Assembly (NCBI RefSeq): GCF_000025925.1
Contig: NC_014033.1
Location: forward strand, 1-32,000
Length of the DNA: 32,000 nt
Direction of reading: 5' to 3'
Origin: Xylanibacter ruminicola 23
Lineage (GTDB): Bacteria; Bacteroidota; Bacteroidia; Bacteroidales; Bacteroidaceae
A model generated the notes under the pieces. It was not told where the DNA came from, ran no database searches, and saw nothing but the letters and a program-made list of their open reading frames with translations. Both the position numbers and the translations under genes were made by a program. Below are positions 18,164 through 27,279 of this stretch, one piece after another; positions within the stretch are counted from its first letter, which is position 1; each line of letters starts with the position of its first letter.

Positions 18164-18191
18164 TGGGTGTTGGGTGTTAGGTGTTGGTTAT
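18164..18191. repeat. Tandem heptamer TGGGTGT x2, TAGGTGT, TGGTTAT across the pectinesterase stop codon
   Basis: Read directly: tgggtgt tgggtgt taggtgt tggttat. The stop codon (tta on plus) is at 18188-18190. Confidence 0.8.
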
Positions 18192-19162
18192 TTCCTAGGG
18201 CTCCAACCATCATTTTTGTTGAATACTGTTTGGGGTGTAATCTTAGCGGCCTCTTTCTTGGTGAGCTGGCGGCTCCAGGGCACACGCTGGCTGATGTTAG
18301 CACCGGCACCACGGTTGTTGTACTCTAAGTAGCGGGCGGTCTGCTCACGGTGCTTCTCCCAGTGATGCCAGCCCTCAGGACGGATGTGGCTGCCTAACTC
18401 GCAGTTCATAAAGAGCGTATAGCCATAGTCGCGCCAAGGGCGACCCAAATAAACCTGCGTAGCCTCAGGGGTAGCTATCAGACGGCAGTTGTTGAAGATG
18501 TAGCCGTAAGGCTGATCCTGTGGTGTTGAGGCTGCTGTGACGTATGAGTTGATACGACTCTCGATGGTGCAACCCTCGAACCAGGCTGTAGAGGGACCGA
18601 AGATAAAATCGGTGGTGCCGCAGATAAAACAGTCTTTGAAGTACAGGCGCGTGCCTGCCACTCCGGTGTAGACCGTATCCTGATGACCGATGAATCGGCA
18701 GCCTACAAATACCAGTCGGTCGCCCTCGGTATGCAGTGCCACTGCCTGACCCAAGCGGGCTGAGTTGTTCTCGATGGTGATATTCTTCAGCGTGATATCA
18801 TTGCCCTCAATCTTCAGGGTGTATGTGCGGAACGTGCCCATGGGCTTGCCTGTCTCGGCACGGGCGATGTTGGCATGGTCGTCGTAGGTGATGATGGTTT
18901 TCTCGGCATCCTCACCGCAAATCTCGATGTTCTGCAACCACGAAGGGATAATCAGTTTTTCCTTATAAGTGCCGTTCTTTACAAAAATCACCTTGTGGTA
19001 ATCCATAAATGCACGGCACACCTCGATAGCTTCGTCGATGGTGCGGAACTGGCCCGTGCCATCGCGAGCAACCACAATGGTATCGGGGTTGTCGTATTTG
19101 CCAGCAGCTAAGCTGACTTGAGAAGAGGCCATGATGGCGAGTAATAGCAGTAGTTTTTTCAT
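18188..19162 (-). CDS. Pectinesterase (pectin methylesterase, CE8 family), secreted
   Basis: It has a signal peptide. All canonical CE8 motifs are present: GTYKE, QAVAL, GHQDTVY, TDFIFG and LGRPW. Confidence 0.85.
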   Translation of the reverse strand: MKKLLLLLAIMASSQVSLAAGKYDNPDTIVVARDGTGQFRTIDEAIEVCRAFMDYHKVIFVKNGTYKEKLIIPSWLQNIEICGEDAEKTIITYDDHANIARAETGKPMGTFRTYTLKIEGNDITLKNITIENNSARLGQAVALHTEGDRLVFVGCRFIGHQDTVYTGVAGTRLYFKDCFICGTTDFIFGPSTAWFEGCTIESRINSYVTAASTPQDQPYGYIFNNCRLIATPEATQVYLGRPWRDYGYTLFMNCELGSHIRPEGWHHWEKHREQTARYLEYNNRGAGANISQRVPWSRQLTKKEAAKITPQTVFNKNDGWSPRK

Positions 19163-19176
19163 TTCTATAAAGTAGT

Positions 19177-21444
19177 TTACATAATTTCGGAAATCTCCTT
19201 GAGGTCGGGAATCTTCTTCAGGTTCTCCATGATGGCACGTACGTTGTCACGATCGTGTACACGCATTTCGATGGTTCCCTCGAAGATACCTTCTTCGCAG
19301 GTGATAAGTATCTTGTGGATGTTCACATTCATTTCAGACGAGATAACCTGTGTCATCTCGCTTAACATACCCAGACGGTCGATACCGCTGATACGGATGG
19401 TAGCATCGAAGTAGAGCTTCTTGTGCATGTCCCACTTGATGTCGAGAATACGGTTGCCGTAGCTGGTCTTGAGCTTGGCAGCCACCGGACAGGCACGCTT
19501 GTGTATCTCAATCTGGTTCTTATTGTTGATATAGCCAAGAGCATCGTCGCCGGGGATGGGGTGACAGCAGCCCATGAACTTAAACTGGTTGTAGTTCTCC
19601 TCAGAGATATATACCGGTTTTTTGCGGTTGAACTTCTCGGGTACCACAAACAGTTCCTGACGGCTGTGCTCCTCCTTTTTCTTCTTGCCCACAAAAGGTA
19701 CGAACTTACGCCAACCTGAATTGCTGTCGGCCTCCTTGTTCTTGCCGTTCAGCTCATCAACATCTTTCTCGCCTAACAGCACAATCTTTTCGCCCAAGGC
19801 CTGGAAGAACTCGGAACGCTTGTTGTACTCGTGGTATTCGGCCAACTTGTCGGCCAGTGCTACGGTAGGTTCGAAACCATTCTTCTTCAGGAAAGCAATC
19901 AGAATCTCCTCGCCCTCGCGCTGTACTTCGCGGTTGTCGCGACGCAGAATGGCCTGTATCTTGGCTTTGGCTTTGGCGGTAGATACGAAATTGATCCATG
20001 CGGGGTTTACATGCTGCGACTTAGAGGTAAGAATCTCTACCTGGTCGCCACTCTGCAGTTTGTAACTCAGAGGTACCAGCTTGTGGTTCACCTTGGCACC
20101 GATACAATGACTACCTAAGAAAGTGTGGATAGAGAAGGCAAAGTCGAGTGCCGTACAGCCTGCAGGCAGGGTGCGGATTTCGCCCTTGGGGGTAAATACG
20201 AATATCTCGCTTGCAAAGAGGTTGAGTTTGATGGTGTCGAGGAAGTCCATCGCATCGGGCTGTGGGTCGTCCAGAATCTCCTTGATAGTGCGCAACCACT
20301 CATTCAACTCGTTCTCGTCCTCGGTATATTCCTCCTCAACGCCGTCCTTGTATTTCCAGTGGGCAGCAAAGCCCTGTTCGGCAATCTCGTCCATGCGGTC
20401 GGAACGTATCTGCACCTCAATCCACTGACCGGTTTTCGACATCAGTGTAACGTGCAGGGCCTGATAACCGTTGGCCTTAGGCTGCGAGAGCCAGTCGCGC
20501 AGACGGTCGGGGTGCGACTTGTAGATTTTTGAGATAGCTACGTAGATCTTGAAGCACTCGTTCACCTCGTCGTCGCGGTTGTTAGGTGTAAAAATGATGC
20601 GCACGGCCAGGATATCATAGATCTCCTCGAAGCTCACGTGCTTGTTCTGCATCTTGTTCCATATAGAGTAAGGCGTTTTTACACGCTCCTTAATCTCGTA
20701 TTTGATACCCATGCTATTGAGGGCGTCCTCGATGGGTGAAGTGAACTGTGAGAACAACTCGTCGCGGTCCTCACGGGTCAGTTTCAGTTTCGATTCTATC
20801 TTGGTATACTCGTCAGGATGCTCAAACTTAAAGCTCAGGTTCTCCAGTTCGCTCTTAATCTTGTTCAATCCCAGACGATTAGCCAAAGGCGCATAGATGT
20901 AAAGGGTCTCGCCGGCAATCTTGTACTGTTTGTTGGCAGGCTGACTCTCCAAGGTGCGCATATTGTGCAAACGGTCGCAGATCTTGATGATAATCACACG
21001 GATATCATCGCTCATGGTGAGAAGAAGTTTCTTGAAGTTCTCGGCCTGTGCCGAAGCCTGCTCGCCAAAGATACCACCGCTGATCTTGGTCAGACCATCC
21101 ACAATCTGTGCTATCTTGGCACCAAAGATATTCTCGATGTCCTCTACGGTATAGTCGGTATCTTCTACCACATCGTGCAACAGGGCTGCACAGATACTGG
21201 TTGAGCCTAAGCCCACCTCGCTGCAGGCAATCTGCGCAACGGCGATGGGGTGCATGATATATGGCTCGCCCGACAGGCGGCGAACGCCCTTGTGGGCCTG
21301 ACGTGCAAAGTTGAAGGCCTTTGTGATGAGGTCGACTTTCTTACGATGACGCGACGAGATATAATCGTTCAACAGTTGCTGAAACGCCTCATTGATCATC
21401 TGATCATCTTTTTCTTCTTGGGTTAATTGTTTTTCTTCTGCCAT
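19177..21444 (-). CDS. relA: Bifunctional (p)ppGpp synthetase/hydrolase, RelA/SpoT family
   Basis: HD hydrolase motif (LLHDVVEDT). Synthetase motifs are RVKTPYSIWNKM, DILAVRII and EVQIRSDRMDEIAEQGFAAHWKYK. A TGS region (..GDQVEILT) and a C-terminal ACT-like domain follow. Confidence 0.95.
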   Translation of the reverse strand: MAEEKQLTQEEKDDQMINEAFQQLLNDYISSRHRKKVDLITKAFNFARQAHKGVRRLSGEPYIMHPIAVAQIACSEVGLGSTSICAALLHDVVEDTDYTVEDIENIFGAKIAQIVDGLTKISGGIFGEQASAQAENFKKLLLTMSDDIRVIIIKICDRLHNMRTLESQPANKQYKIAGETLYIYAPLANRLGLNKIKSELENLSFKFEHPDEYTKIESKLKLTREDRDELFSQFTSPIEDALNSMGIKYEIKERVKTPYSIWNKMQNKHVSFEEIYDILAVRIIFTPNNRDDEVNECFKIYVAISKIYKSHPDRLRDWLSQPKANGYQALHVTLMSKTGQWIEVQIRSDRMDEIAEQGFAAHWKYKDGVEEEYTEDENELNEWLRTIKEILDDPQPDAMDFLDTIKLNLFASEIFVFTPKGEIRTLPAGCTALDFAFSIHTFLGSHCIGAKVNHKLVPLSYKLQSGDQVEILTSKSQHVNPAWINFVSTAKAKAKIQAILRRDNREVQREGEEILIAFLKKNGFEPTVALADKLAEYHEYNKRSEFFQALGEKIVLLGEKDVDELNGKNKEADSNSGWRKFVPFVGKKKKEEHSRQELFVVPEKFNRKKPVYISEENYNQFKFMGCCHPIPGDDALGYINNKNQIEIHKRACPVAAKLKTSYGNRILDIKWDMHKKLYFDATIRISGIDRLGMLSEMTQVISSEMNVNIHKILITCEEGIFEGTIEMRVHDRDNVRAIMENLKKIPDLKEISEIM

Positions 21445-21480
21445 ACCTCTTTTACTTCATTTATAAACGTCAAATCTGCT

Positions 21481-22857
21481 TTATCTTACTCGGAGCTTCT
21501 TACCAGCTCGGATATTATTGCCACGGAGACCGTTGAGTCTTTTCAGTTTTGCAACGGTAGTGCCATTACGACGGGCTATCTCGCCCAGTGTCTGACCAGA
21601 GCGGACGGTGACGCTGGAACCGCCACGGCGTGAATTGCGACTGGCGCGACTACTGCGACTGCGTCGGCTGCTCTTCTTGCTACGATAGGTGGGCTGATCG
21701 TCGTTAACCTCGGCTACGGCACGCTTGGTGAGCAACTCGTCGGCACGATAGCTGTAGATGCTATCCTGCAGGTCGATAAAGCGGATGGCATCTGCCATAG
21801 GTAGGCGGATGGCATGCTTCTTGTTGGCGCCAGGCACAATGTCGCGGCGATATTCGGGGTTTAACGAACGTATCATCTCAATATCCAGATCGAGCACGGC
21901 GGCCACCTGCTGCAGGTGCACATCGCGATCCACCACCACGGTATCAGTCTGCAGAGGCAGACGGGTGTTCATGGGGCAGATGTTATGCTCGCAATAATAA
22001 TTCATGGCGTAGTTGGCTGCGATGAAAGCTGGCACATAACCACGTGTTTCAGCAGGCAGATAGGGATATAGCTGCCAGTAGTCCTTCTCGCCACCGGCAC
22101 GGTGGATGGCCTTGTTGATGTTGCCAGGACCACAGTTGTAAGCGGCAATCACCAGGTTCCAGTCGCCAAACACACGATACAGGTCGCGCAGGTAGCGGGC
22201 GGCAGCATACGATGCTTTCACAGGATCGCGGCGCTCGTCAACCAGTGAGTTTACTTCCAGGCCGTACTGCTTACCAGTTGTAAGCATAAACTGCCACAAG
22301 CCAGTGGCACCTACACGTGATACGGCCTTGGGGTTCAGTGCACTCTCGATAACGGGCAGGTACTTCAGTTCCAAGGGTACCTGATATGCTTCGAGGGCCT
22401 CTTCGAAGATGGGGATGTAGAAATTGGCTGCACCCAACATCAGACTGACCGAGTGGCGCAGACGACCCATGTAACGGTCGATGAAGCGCTGTACGATATC
22501 GTTGTAGGCCATCTCCATGACAGTAGGCATACGGCGAAGTCGTTCAATATACTCCTCTGGTGTGTAGGTGGGGTTCTCATCCTTCATCTCACAATCGCCC
22601 TTGCTCAGGTAAGTCTTGGTCATGTAGAGCTCGAGCAGACTGTCGAGGTTGAATGTCATGGCCTCGGGAAACTCGATGAGTTCCTCGTTGCCCTGTTTGT
22701 CTCTTACCGAAATCTCATCCTCGATGGGTACGAACAGGCTGTCAACCTCCTCTTCGTCGTCCTCGGGGTCGTCTAAAATATTCTGTGCCGACAGCGGTAC
22801 GCTGCAAAACAGCAGTGCCGCGAAACTTAAAATCTTTATATAATTCTTTACTGTCAT
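21481..22857 (-). CDS. Lytic transglycosylase (MltD-like SLT domain) with a C-terminal LysM domain
   Basis: It has a signal peptide. The SLT region is VIESALNPKAVSRVGATGLWQFM...YNCGPGN. A basic Ser/Arg-rich linker follows. The LysM domain is VTVRSGQTLGEIARRNGTTVAKLKRLNGL..NIRAGKKLRV. Confidence 0.85.
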   Translation of the reverse strand: MTVKNYIKILSFAALLFCSVPLSAQNILDDPEDDEEEVDSLFVPIEDEISVRDKQGNEELIEFPEAMTFNLDSLLELYMTKTYLSKGDCEMKDENPTYTPEEYIERLRRMPTVMEMAYNDIVQRFIDRYMGRLRHSVSLMLGAANFYIPIFEEALEAYQVPLELKYLPVIESALNPKAVSRVGATGLWQFMLTTGKQYGLEVNSLVDERRDPVKASYAAARYLRDLYRVFGDWNLVIAAYNCGPGNINKAIHRAGGEKDYWQLYPYLPAETRGYVPAFIAANYAMNYYCEHNICPMNTRLPLQTDTVVVDRDVHLQQVAAVLDLDIEMIRSLNPEYRRDIVPGANKKHAIRLPMADAIRFIDLQDSIYSYRADELLTKRAVAEVNDDQPTYRSKKSSRRSRSSRASRNSRRGGSSVTVRSGQTLGEIARRNGTTVAKLKRLNGLRGNNIRAGKKLRVR

Positions 22858-22863
22858 ATTCCA

Positions 22864-23547
22864 TTAAAATTTGATGTTACATTGCACCCCAACGGCTCCG
22901 GTATTGAGCGGGTTGCGTGAGGTGTGGGTGTCGAGAATGGTGGGCTCGATGCTCAGACTCAGATCTTTACTGATATCGAACACCGACAGCTCAGCATCCA
23001 CGTAAGCGTCGATGACTGAAAGGGCATAGACGCCTACCAGTACAAAGAAACTCATATCGCGCCAACGACGGTAGCGGTCCTTACGCTGCTTGAAGAGTTT
23101 CTTGTATCGCTCTTCCTGTCCGTTGATGGTGGCGCCGTTGTGCAGGAACTGGTTGTAACTCTGCGTGCCAGGGTCGTTGTCCATAATGTCGATATAGGCC
23201 TGCGAGTAGTCCTTGTACATGGTGTTATTCCAGTTCATTGCGTACAAACAACCGATGAAACCGCCGTAAACCAATGGCAGTTTCCAGTATTTTCGGTTAT
23301 AAATCTGTCCGCCGCCAGGTATTACCAGAGCCAGCCATAGCGCACGTTTGGGATCGGGGTGCCAGGTGCTCATGTCCTTGAGGGGTTTGGTGGGGATGCG
23401 GGCCGAATCAACCAGCACCGACACCTCGTTATTGATGGCTTGCGACAACGAGTCGTGCTCCAATACCACCTCCTCCTGGGCTCGGACCGTTCCGAAACCT
23501 GTGGCCAGCAGCATGCCTGTTATCAACAGCTTACATCTATTCTTCAT
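22864..23547 (-). CDS. DUF5683-like membrane protein conserved downstream of parB in Bacteroidota
   Basis: It has a signal peptide. The motif is LALVIPGGGQIYNRKYWKLPLVYGGF. Its position between parB and the LysM transglycosylase matches the conserved Bacteroidales arrangement (from memory). Confidence 0.7.
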   Translation of the reverse strand: MKNRCKLLITGMLLATGFGTVRAQEEVVLEHDSLSQAINNEVSVLVDSARIPTKPLKDMSTWHPDPKRALWLALVIPGGGQIYNRKYWKLPLVYGGFIGCLYAMNWNNTMYKDYSQAYIDIMDNDPGTQSYNQFLHNGATINGQEERYKKLFKQRKDRYRRWRDMSFFVLVGVYALSVIDAYVDAELSVFDISKDLSLSIEPTILDTHTSRNPLNTGAVGVQCNIKF

Positions 23548-23556
23548 GTTCTTGTT

Positions 23557-24486
23557 TTACTTCTTCTTCAGTTTGTCGAAGACATTCATGATATACTCCA
23601 GCTCATCCTCATTGGCAAAGGAAATGCTGATACGCCCCTTCGACTGGGCAGAGCAGGTCATCTGTACTTTTGTTTTGAACAGGTCCGACAAGCGGTCTCT
23701 CAGAATGCTGTACTCCAATGGCAGCTGGTTAGGAGCCACGGTCTTACGGGCATTCTGCAGGGTGTCGCCGTTCTTCACCATCTGTACCATCTCCTCAACC
23801 TTACGTACCGAGTAGCCGTTGCGGTGTACGTCCTTAAACAGTTTGAGCTGTGCCGATGGACTTTCGAGCGAGAGCAGTGCACGGGCATGTCCCATGTCGA
23901 TGTCGCGGTTCTTCAGTGCCATCTGTATCTGTGCAGGCAACTTCAGCAGTCGCATATAGTTGGTGATCGAGGTGCGGCTCTTACCCAGACGCTCCGACAT
24001 GCGCTCCTGTGTCATACCTGTAGATTCCGACAATCGCTGGTAGGCCAGTGCAATCTCGATGGCATTCAAATCCTCGCGCTGAATATTCTCAACCAGTGCC
24101 ATCTCCATGGTCAGCTTATCGTCGGTGGTCTTGATGTAAGCAGGTATAGCTTTAAGCCCTGCCAACTGCGATGCACGCCAACGGCGCTCACCGGCAATAA
24201 TCTGATAGTGTCCTGAAGGCATCTCACGAACAGTGATAGGGGTGATGATGCCAATCTCACGGATACTGGCTGCCAGCTCGTTCAGTGCATTCTCATCGAA
24301 CTCATGTCGTGGCTGGTCGGGGTTAGGTTCTATCAGCTCGATGGCAATCTCATTCAGGTTTGATGTACCTTGGGTGTTGATGTCGTTCGTGTTGATAAGT
24401 GCATCCAGCCCCATGCCTCTGCCGGTGCCGATATTGTCGAGTCCGCGACCCAGTACGTTGTGGTCGTATTTCTTTCTTACTGCCAT
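23557..24486 (-). CDS. parB: Chromosome partitioning protein ParB
   Basis: ParB-box motifs are IEPNPDQPR and IIAGERRWRAS. An HTH region follows (TQERMSERLGKSRTSITNYMRLL). Confidence 0.92.
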   Translation of the reverse strand: MAVRKKYDHNVLGRGLDNIGTGRGMGLDALINTNDINTQGTSNLNEIAIELIEPNPDQPRHEFDENALNELAASIREIGIITPITVREMPSGHYQIIAGERRWRASQLAGLKAIPAYIKTTDDKLTMEMALVENIQREDLNAIEIALAYQRLSESTGMTQERMSERLGKSRTSITNYMRLLKLPAQIQMALKNRDIDMGHARALLSLESPSAQLKLFKDVHRNGYSVRKVEEMVQMVKNGDTLQNARKTVAPNQLPLEYSILRDRLSDLFKTKVQMTCSAQSKGRISISFANEDELEYIMNVFDKLKKK

Positions 24487-24488
24487 AG

Positions 24489-25256
24489 TTATTTTTTGTT
24501 CTTAAAGATGATTTCCTGAGCCAGTGCCAGGTGGTTCTTTGCACCTGTCGAGTCGGCATCATAGAGGATTACGGGCAAACCATGACTTGGTGCCTCGCTT
24601 AATTTTACGTTACGCTGAATAACGGTTTTGAACACCAGCTCCTGGAAGTGGCGCTTCACCTCGTCGTAAATTTGGTTGGCCAGGCGCAGACGACTATCGT
24701 ACATCGTCAGCAAAAAGCCTTCTATCTCGAGCGTTGGGTTCAATTTATTCTTGATGATCTTGATGGTGTTCAGCAGTTTGCTGATACCCTCCAGTGCAAA
24801 GTACTCGCACTGTACGGGGATAATCACCGAGTTGGCTGCAGTGAGCGAGTTAACGGTGATCAGGCCCAGTGATGGTGAACAGTCGATGAGGATAAAGTCG
24901 TATTCGTTACGAATAGGCTCAAGCATTTTCTTGATCACTTTCTCACGATCGTTCAGGTTCAGCATCTCAATCTCGGCACCAACCAGGTCGATATGGCTGG
25001 GTATGATATCCAGTCCGTCGATATCGGTGGTATAGATGGCGTCGCGCACATCGGCCTTGTTGATAATGCATTCGTATAGCGAGCATTCTACATCCTTGAT
25101 GTCTACACCCAAGCCACTCGATGCGTTGGCCTGAGGGTCAGCGTCAACAACCAGCACTGTTTTTTCCAGTGTGGCCAGCGATGCTGCCAGGTTGATGGTA
25201 GTGGTGGTTTTGCCTACACCGCCTTTTTGGTTTGCTAAAGCAATAATCTTTCCCAT
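24489..25256 (-). CDS. parA: Chromosome partitioning ATPase ParA/Soj
   Basis: I placed the start at MGKIIALANQKGGVGKTTT (deviant Walker A), ATG at 25254-25256. The longer ORF-track start (25301) would include the promoter box at 25299-25306. The gap to parB is 2 nt. Confidence 0.93.
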   Translation of the reverse strand: MGKIIALANQKGGVGKTTTTINLAASLATLEKTVLVVDADPQANASSGLGVDIKDVECSLYECIINKADVRDAIYTTDIDGLDIIPSHIDLVGAEIEMLNLNDREKVIKKMLEPIRNEYDFILIDCSPSLGLITVNSLTAANSVIIPVQCEYFALEGISKLLNTIKIIKNKLNPTLEIEGFLLTMYDSRLRLANQIYDEVKRHFQELVFKTVIQRNVKLSEAPSHGLPVILYDADSTGAKNHLALAQEIIFKNKK

Positions 25257-25298
25257 TTGATTTTGACTTAATCTTGATAAAAATAAGAAATTTGGCCA

Positions 25299-25306
25299 CA
25301 AAGTTA
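25299..25306 (-). promoter_or_regulatory. -7 box (TAacTTTG) for the parA operon
   Basis: Plus strand reads caaagtta, which is taactttg on the minus strand. It lies about 43 nt upstream of the parA ATG. Confidence 0.6.
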
Positions 25307-25349
25307 CTAAAAAATTAAGAATTAATCGTTATGAATTAAGAGATTTTTG

Positions 25350-25357
25350 TAACTTTG
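25350..25357 (+). promoter_or_regulatory. -7 box (TAacTTTG) for surE-lpxB
   Basis: taactttg lies 22 nt upstream of the surE ATG at 25379 and is divergent from the parA promoter. Confidence 0.6.
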
Positions 25358-25378
25358 CAGCCAAATTATTAATATTTT

Positions 25379-26149
25379 ATGGAAATTAAACGACCTTTAT
25401 TGCTCATTTCGAACGATGACGGCTATCAGGCAAAAGGTATTAATTGCTTGATAGATATGCTGAAGGATATAGCTGATATCATTGTTTGTGCACCCGATGA
25501 TGCCCGCAGCGGCTACTCGTGTGCCTTCTCGGCTGGTATCCCTTTGCGCCTGAATCTGCATCGGAAAGAGCAGGGGGTAGAGGTGTGGAGTTGTAATGGT
25601 ACCCCCGTTGATTGTGTAAAGATGGCGCTGGCCAATATCTGCAAGCGTCAACCCGATATGGTGATTGGCGGTATTAATCATGGCGATAATGCTTCGGTAA
25701 ATACGCACTACAGTGGTACGATGGGTGTTACCATCGAGGGCTGTCTCAAGTACATCCCCTCGGTAGCCTTCTCGCTTTGCGATCAGCATGCCGATGCCGA
25801 CTTCGAGCCTCTCCGTCCTTATGTGCGTGAGATTACCCAGAGGGTGCTCAACGAAGGATTGCCCAAAGGCGTGTGCTTGAATGTTAACTTTCCATTGGTT
25901 CCGGTTTATCAGGGGGTTAAGGTTTGTCGCATGGCCTTTGGTACTTGGTATAACGAAACCGAGAAGCACCACCATTCGCGTGGCTACGACTATTGGTGGA
26001 TGATTGGTCATTATCGTAATGATGAGCCCGAAGCTGAGGATACCGATAATTGGGCACTGCATCATGGCTATATTGCCATTACACCTACCCAGATTGATGT
26101 CACCGCCTATCAGGCCATGGATCAGATTAGTAGTTGGTTTAATGTTTAA
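25379..26149 (+). CDS. surE: 5'/3'-nucleotidase SurE
   Basis: N-terminal LLISNDDGYQAKGI (the SurE NDDG motif). GINHGDN and YSGTMG motifs are present. Length is 256 aa. Confidence 0.93.
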   Translation: MEIKRPLLLISNDDGYQAKGINCLIDMLKDIADIIVCAPDDARSGYSCAFSAGIPLRLNLHRKEQGVEVWSCNGTPVDCVKMALANICKRQPDMVIGGINHGDNASVNTHYSGTMGVTIEGCLKYIPSVAFSLCDQHADADFEPLRPYVREITQRVLNEGLPKGVCLNVNFPLVPVYQGVKVCRMAFGTWYNETEKHHHSRGYDYWWMIGHYRNDEPEAEDTDNWALHHGYIAITPTQIDVTAYQAMDQISSWFNV

Positions 26150-26168
26150 TCTTTAATGTTTAACGTTA
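26141..26168. repeat. Heptamer array AATGTTT AATCTTT AATGTTT AACGTTA, the reverse complement of the array after lpxB
   Basis: Read directly. It spans the surE stop codon (26147-26149) and ends 1 nt before the lpxB ATG. Confidence 0.85.
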
Positions 26169-26169
26169 A

Positions 26170-27279
26170 ATGAAGTACTATCTGATAGTTGGCGAGGCCT
26201 CGGGTGATTTGCATGCATCGCATTTGATGCGGGCGTTGAAAGATATTGACGCTGAGGCTGAGTTTCGTTTCTTTGGTGGCGGCCTGATGACGGCCGTTGG
26301 TGGTACCCGAGTTCGCCATTATAAGGAACTGGCTTATATGGGCTTTATTCCTGTGCTGATGCATTTGCGAACTATACTTCGCAATATGAAGATGTGTAAG
26401 CAGGATGTGGTGGATTGGCAGCCCGACTGTTTGATATTGGTAGATTATCCGGGCTTTAATCTCAAGATAGCCGAGTTTGTAAAAAGTCATACAAATATAC
26501 CTGTATATTATTATATCTCACCTAAAATCTGGGCTTGGAAAGAGTATCGTATTAAGAATATCAAACGCGATGTCGACCAGCTCTTCTCTATCCTGCCTTT
26601 CGAGGTGGATTTCTTCGAGAAGAAGCATCATTACCCCATCCATTATGTAGGTAATCCCACGGCCGACGAGGTGAGAGCATTCCTGCAGTCATCGCCGGTG
26701 GCAAACAAAGAACCGATTATAGCCCTGTTGGCAGGATCGCGTAAACAGGAGATTAAAGACAACCTGCCTGCTATGCTCCAGGCTGTAAAACCTTACGAAA
26801 ACAATTACCAAATTGTGGTAGCGGGAGCGCCTGGCATTGAGCCTTCGTATTATCAGCAGTTTATGCAAGGCTCGCAGGCCGATATCGTGTTCGGTCAGAC
26901 CTATGCCTTGCTCGCAAAGTCCCATGCAGCCTTGGTTACCAGCGGTACGGCTACGTTGGAGACCTGTTTGTTTGGTGTGCCACAGGTGGTATGCTATAAA
27001 ATACCCCTGCCTGCTGTTTTAGGGTTCTTACGTCGCCATTTCTTAAAGGTAAAATATGTTTCGCTTGTAAACCTTGTTGCAGGTCGTGAAGTTGTAAAGG
27101 AGCTGCTCGAAGATTTCTCGGTAGCCAACATCCGTAGTGAACTCCAGAAGATTCTTTCCGGTCCCGATCGTGATCGTATGCTCCAGGGCTATCAGGAGGT
27201 AAAACAGGCATTAGGCGATGAAAAAGCTCCCGAAAATGCGGCGCGGCTCATCTTGGATACGTTAAGCATGAAACATTAA
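26170..27279 (+). CDS. lpxB: Lipid-A-disaccharide synthase
   Basis: N-terminal YYLIVGEASGDLHASHLMRAL. Length is 369 aa. A GT19-type C-terminal region is present (TSGTATLETCLFGVPQVVCYK). Confidence 0.93.
   Translation: MKYYLIVGEASGDLHASHLMRALKDIDAEAEFRFFGGGLMTAVGGTRVRHYKELAYMGFIPVLMHLRTILRNMKMCKQDVVDWQPDCLILVDYPGFNLKIAEFVKSHTNIPVYYYISPKIWAWKEYRIKNIKRDVDQLFSILPFEVDFFEKKHHYPIHYVGNPTADEVRAFLQSSPVANKEPIIALLAGSRKQEIKDNLPAMLQAVKPYENNYQIVVAGAPGIEPSYYQQFMQGSQADIVFGQTYALLAKSHAALVTSGTATLETCLFGVPQVVCYKIPLPAVLGFLRRHFLKVKYVSLVNLVAGREVVKELLEDFSVANIRSELQKILSGPDRDRMLQGYQEVKQALGDEKAPENAARLILDTLSMKH

Noticed and set aside
20124-20132. DnaA-box-like 9-mer tgtggatag (8 of 9 match to TGTGGATAA)
   Set aside because: It is a single imperfect copy in the middle of the relA/spoT coding sequence with no cluster and no AT-rich unwinding element. 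It is expected by chance.
23359-24216. 285-aa plus-strand ORF overlapping the parB and DUF5683 genes
   Set aside because: It is antisense to two well-supported genes and spans their intergenic gap. The translation is Leu/Gln/His-rich with no motifs. I treat it as a shadow ORF.
25257-25378. Possible replication origin. The region is AT-rich and divergent next to parAB, with genes on the left on the minus strand and genes on the right on the plus strand.
   Set aside because: The region is only 122 bp and is fully accounted for by two divergent TAnnTTTG promoters. I found no good DnaA boxes (TTATCCACA / TGTGGATAA) in it. Gene orientation flips back to minus at 28812. I could not compute GC skew reliably by eye.
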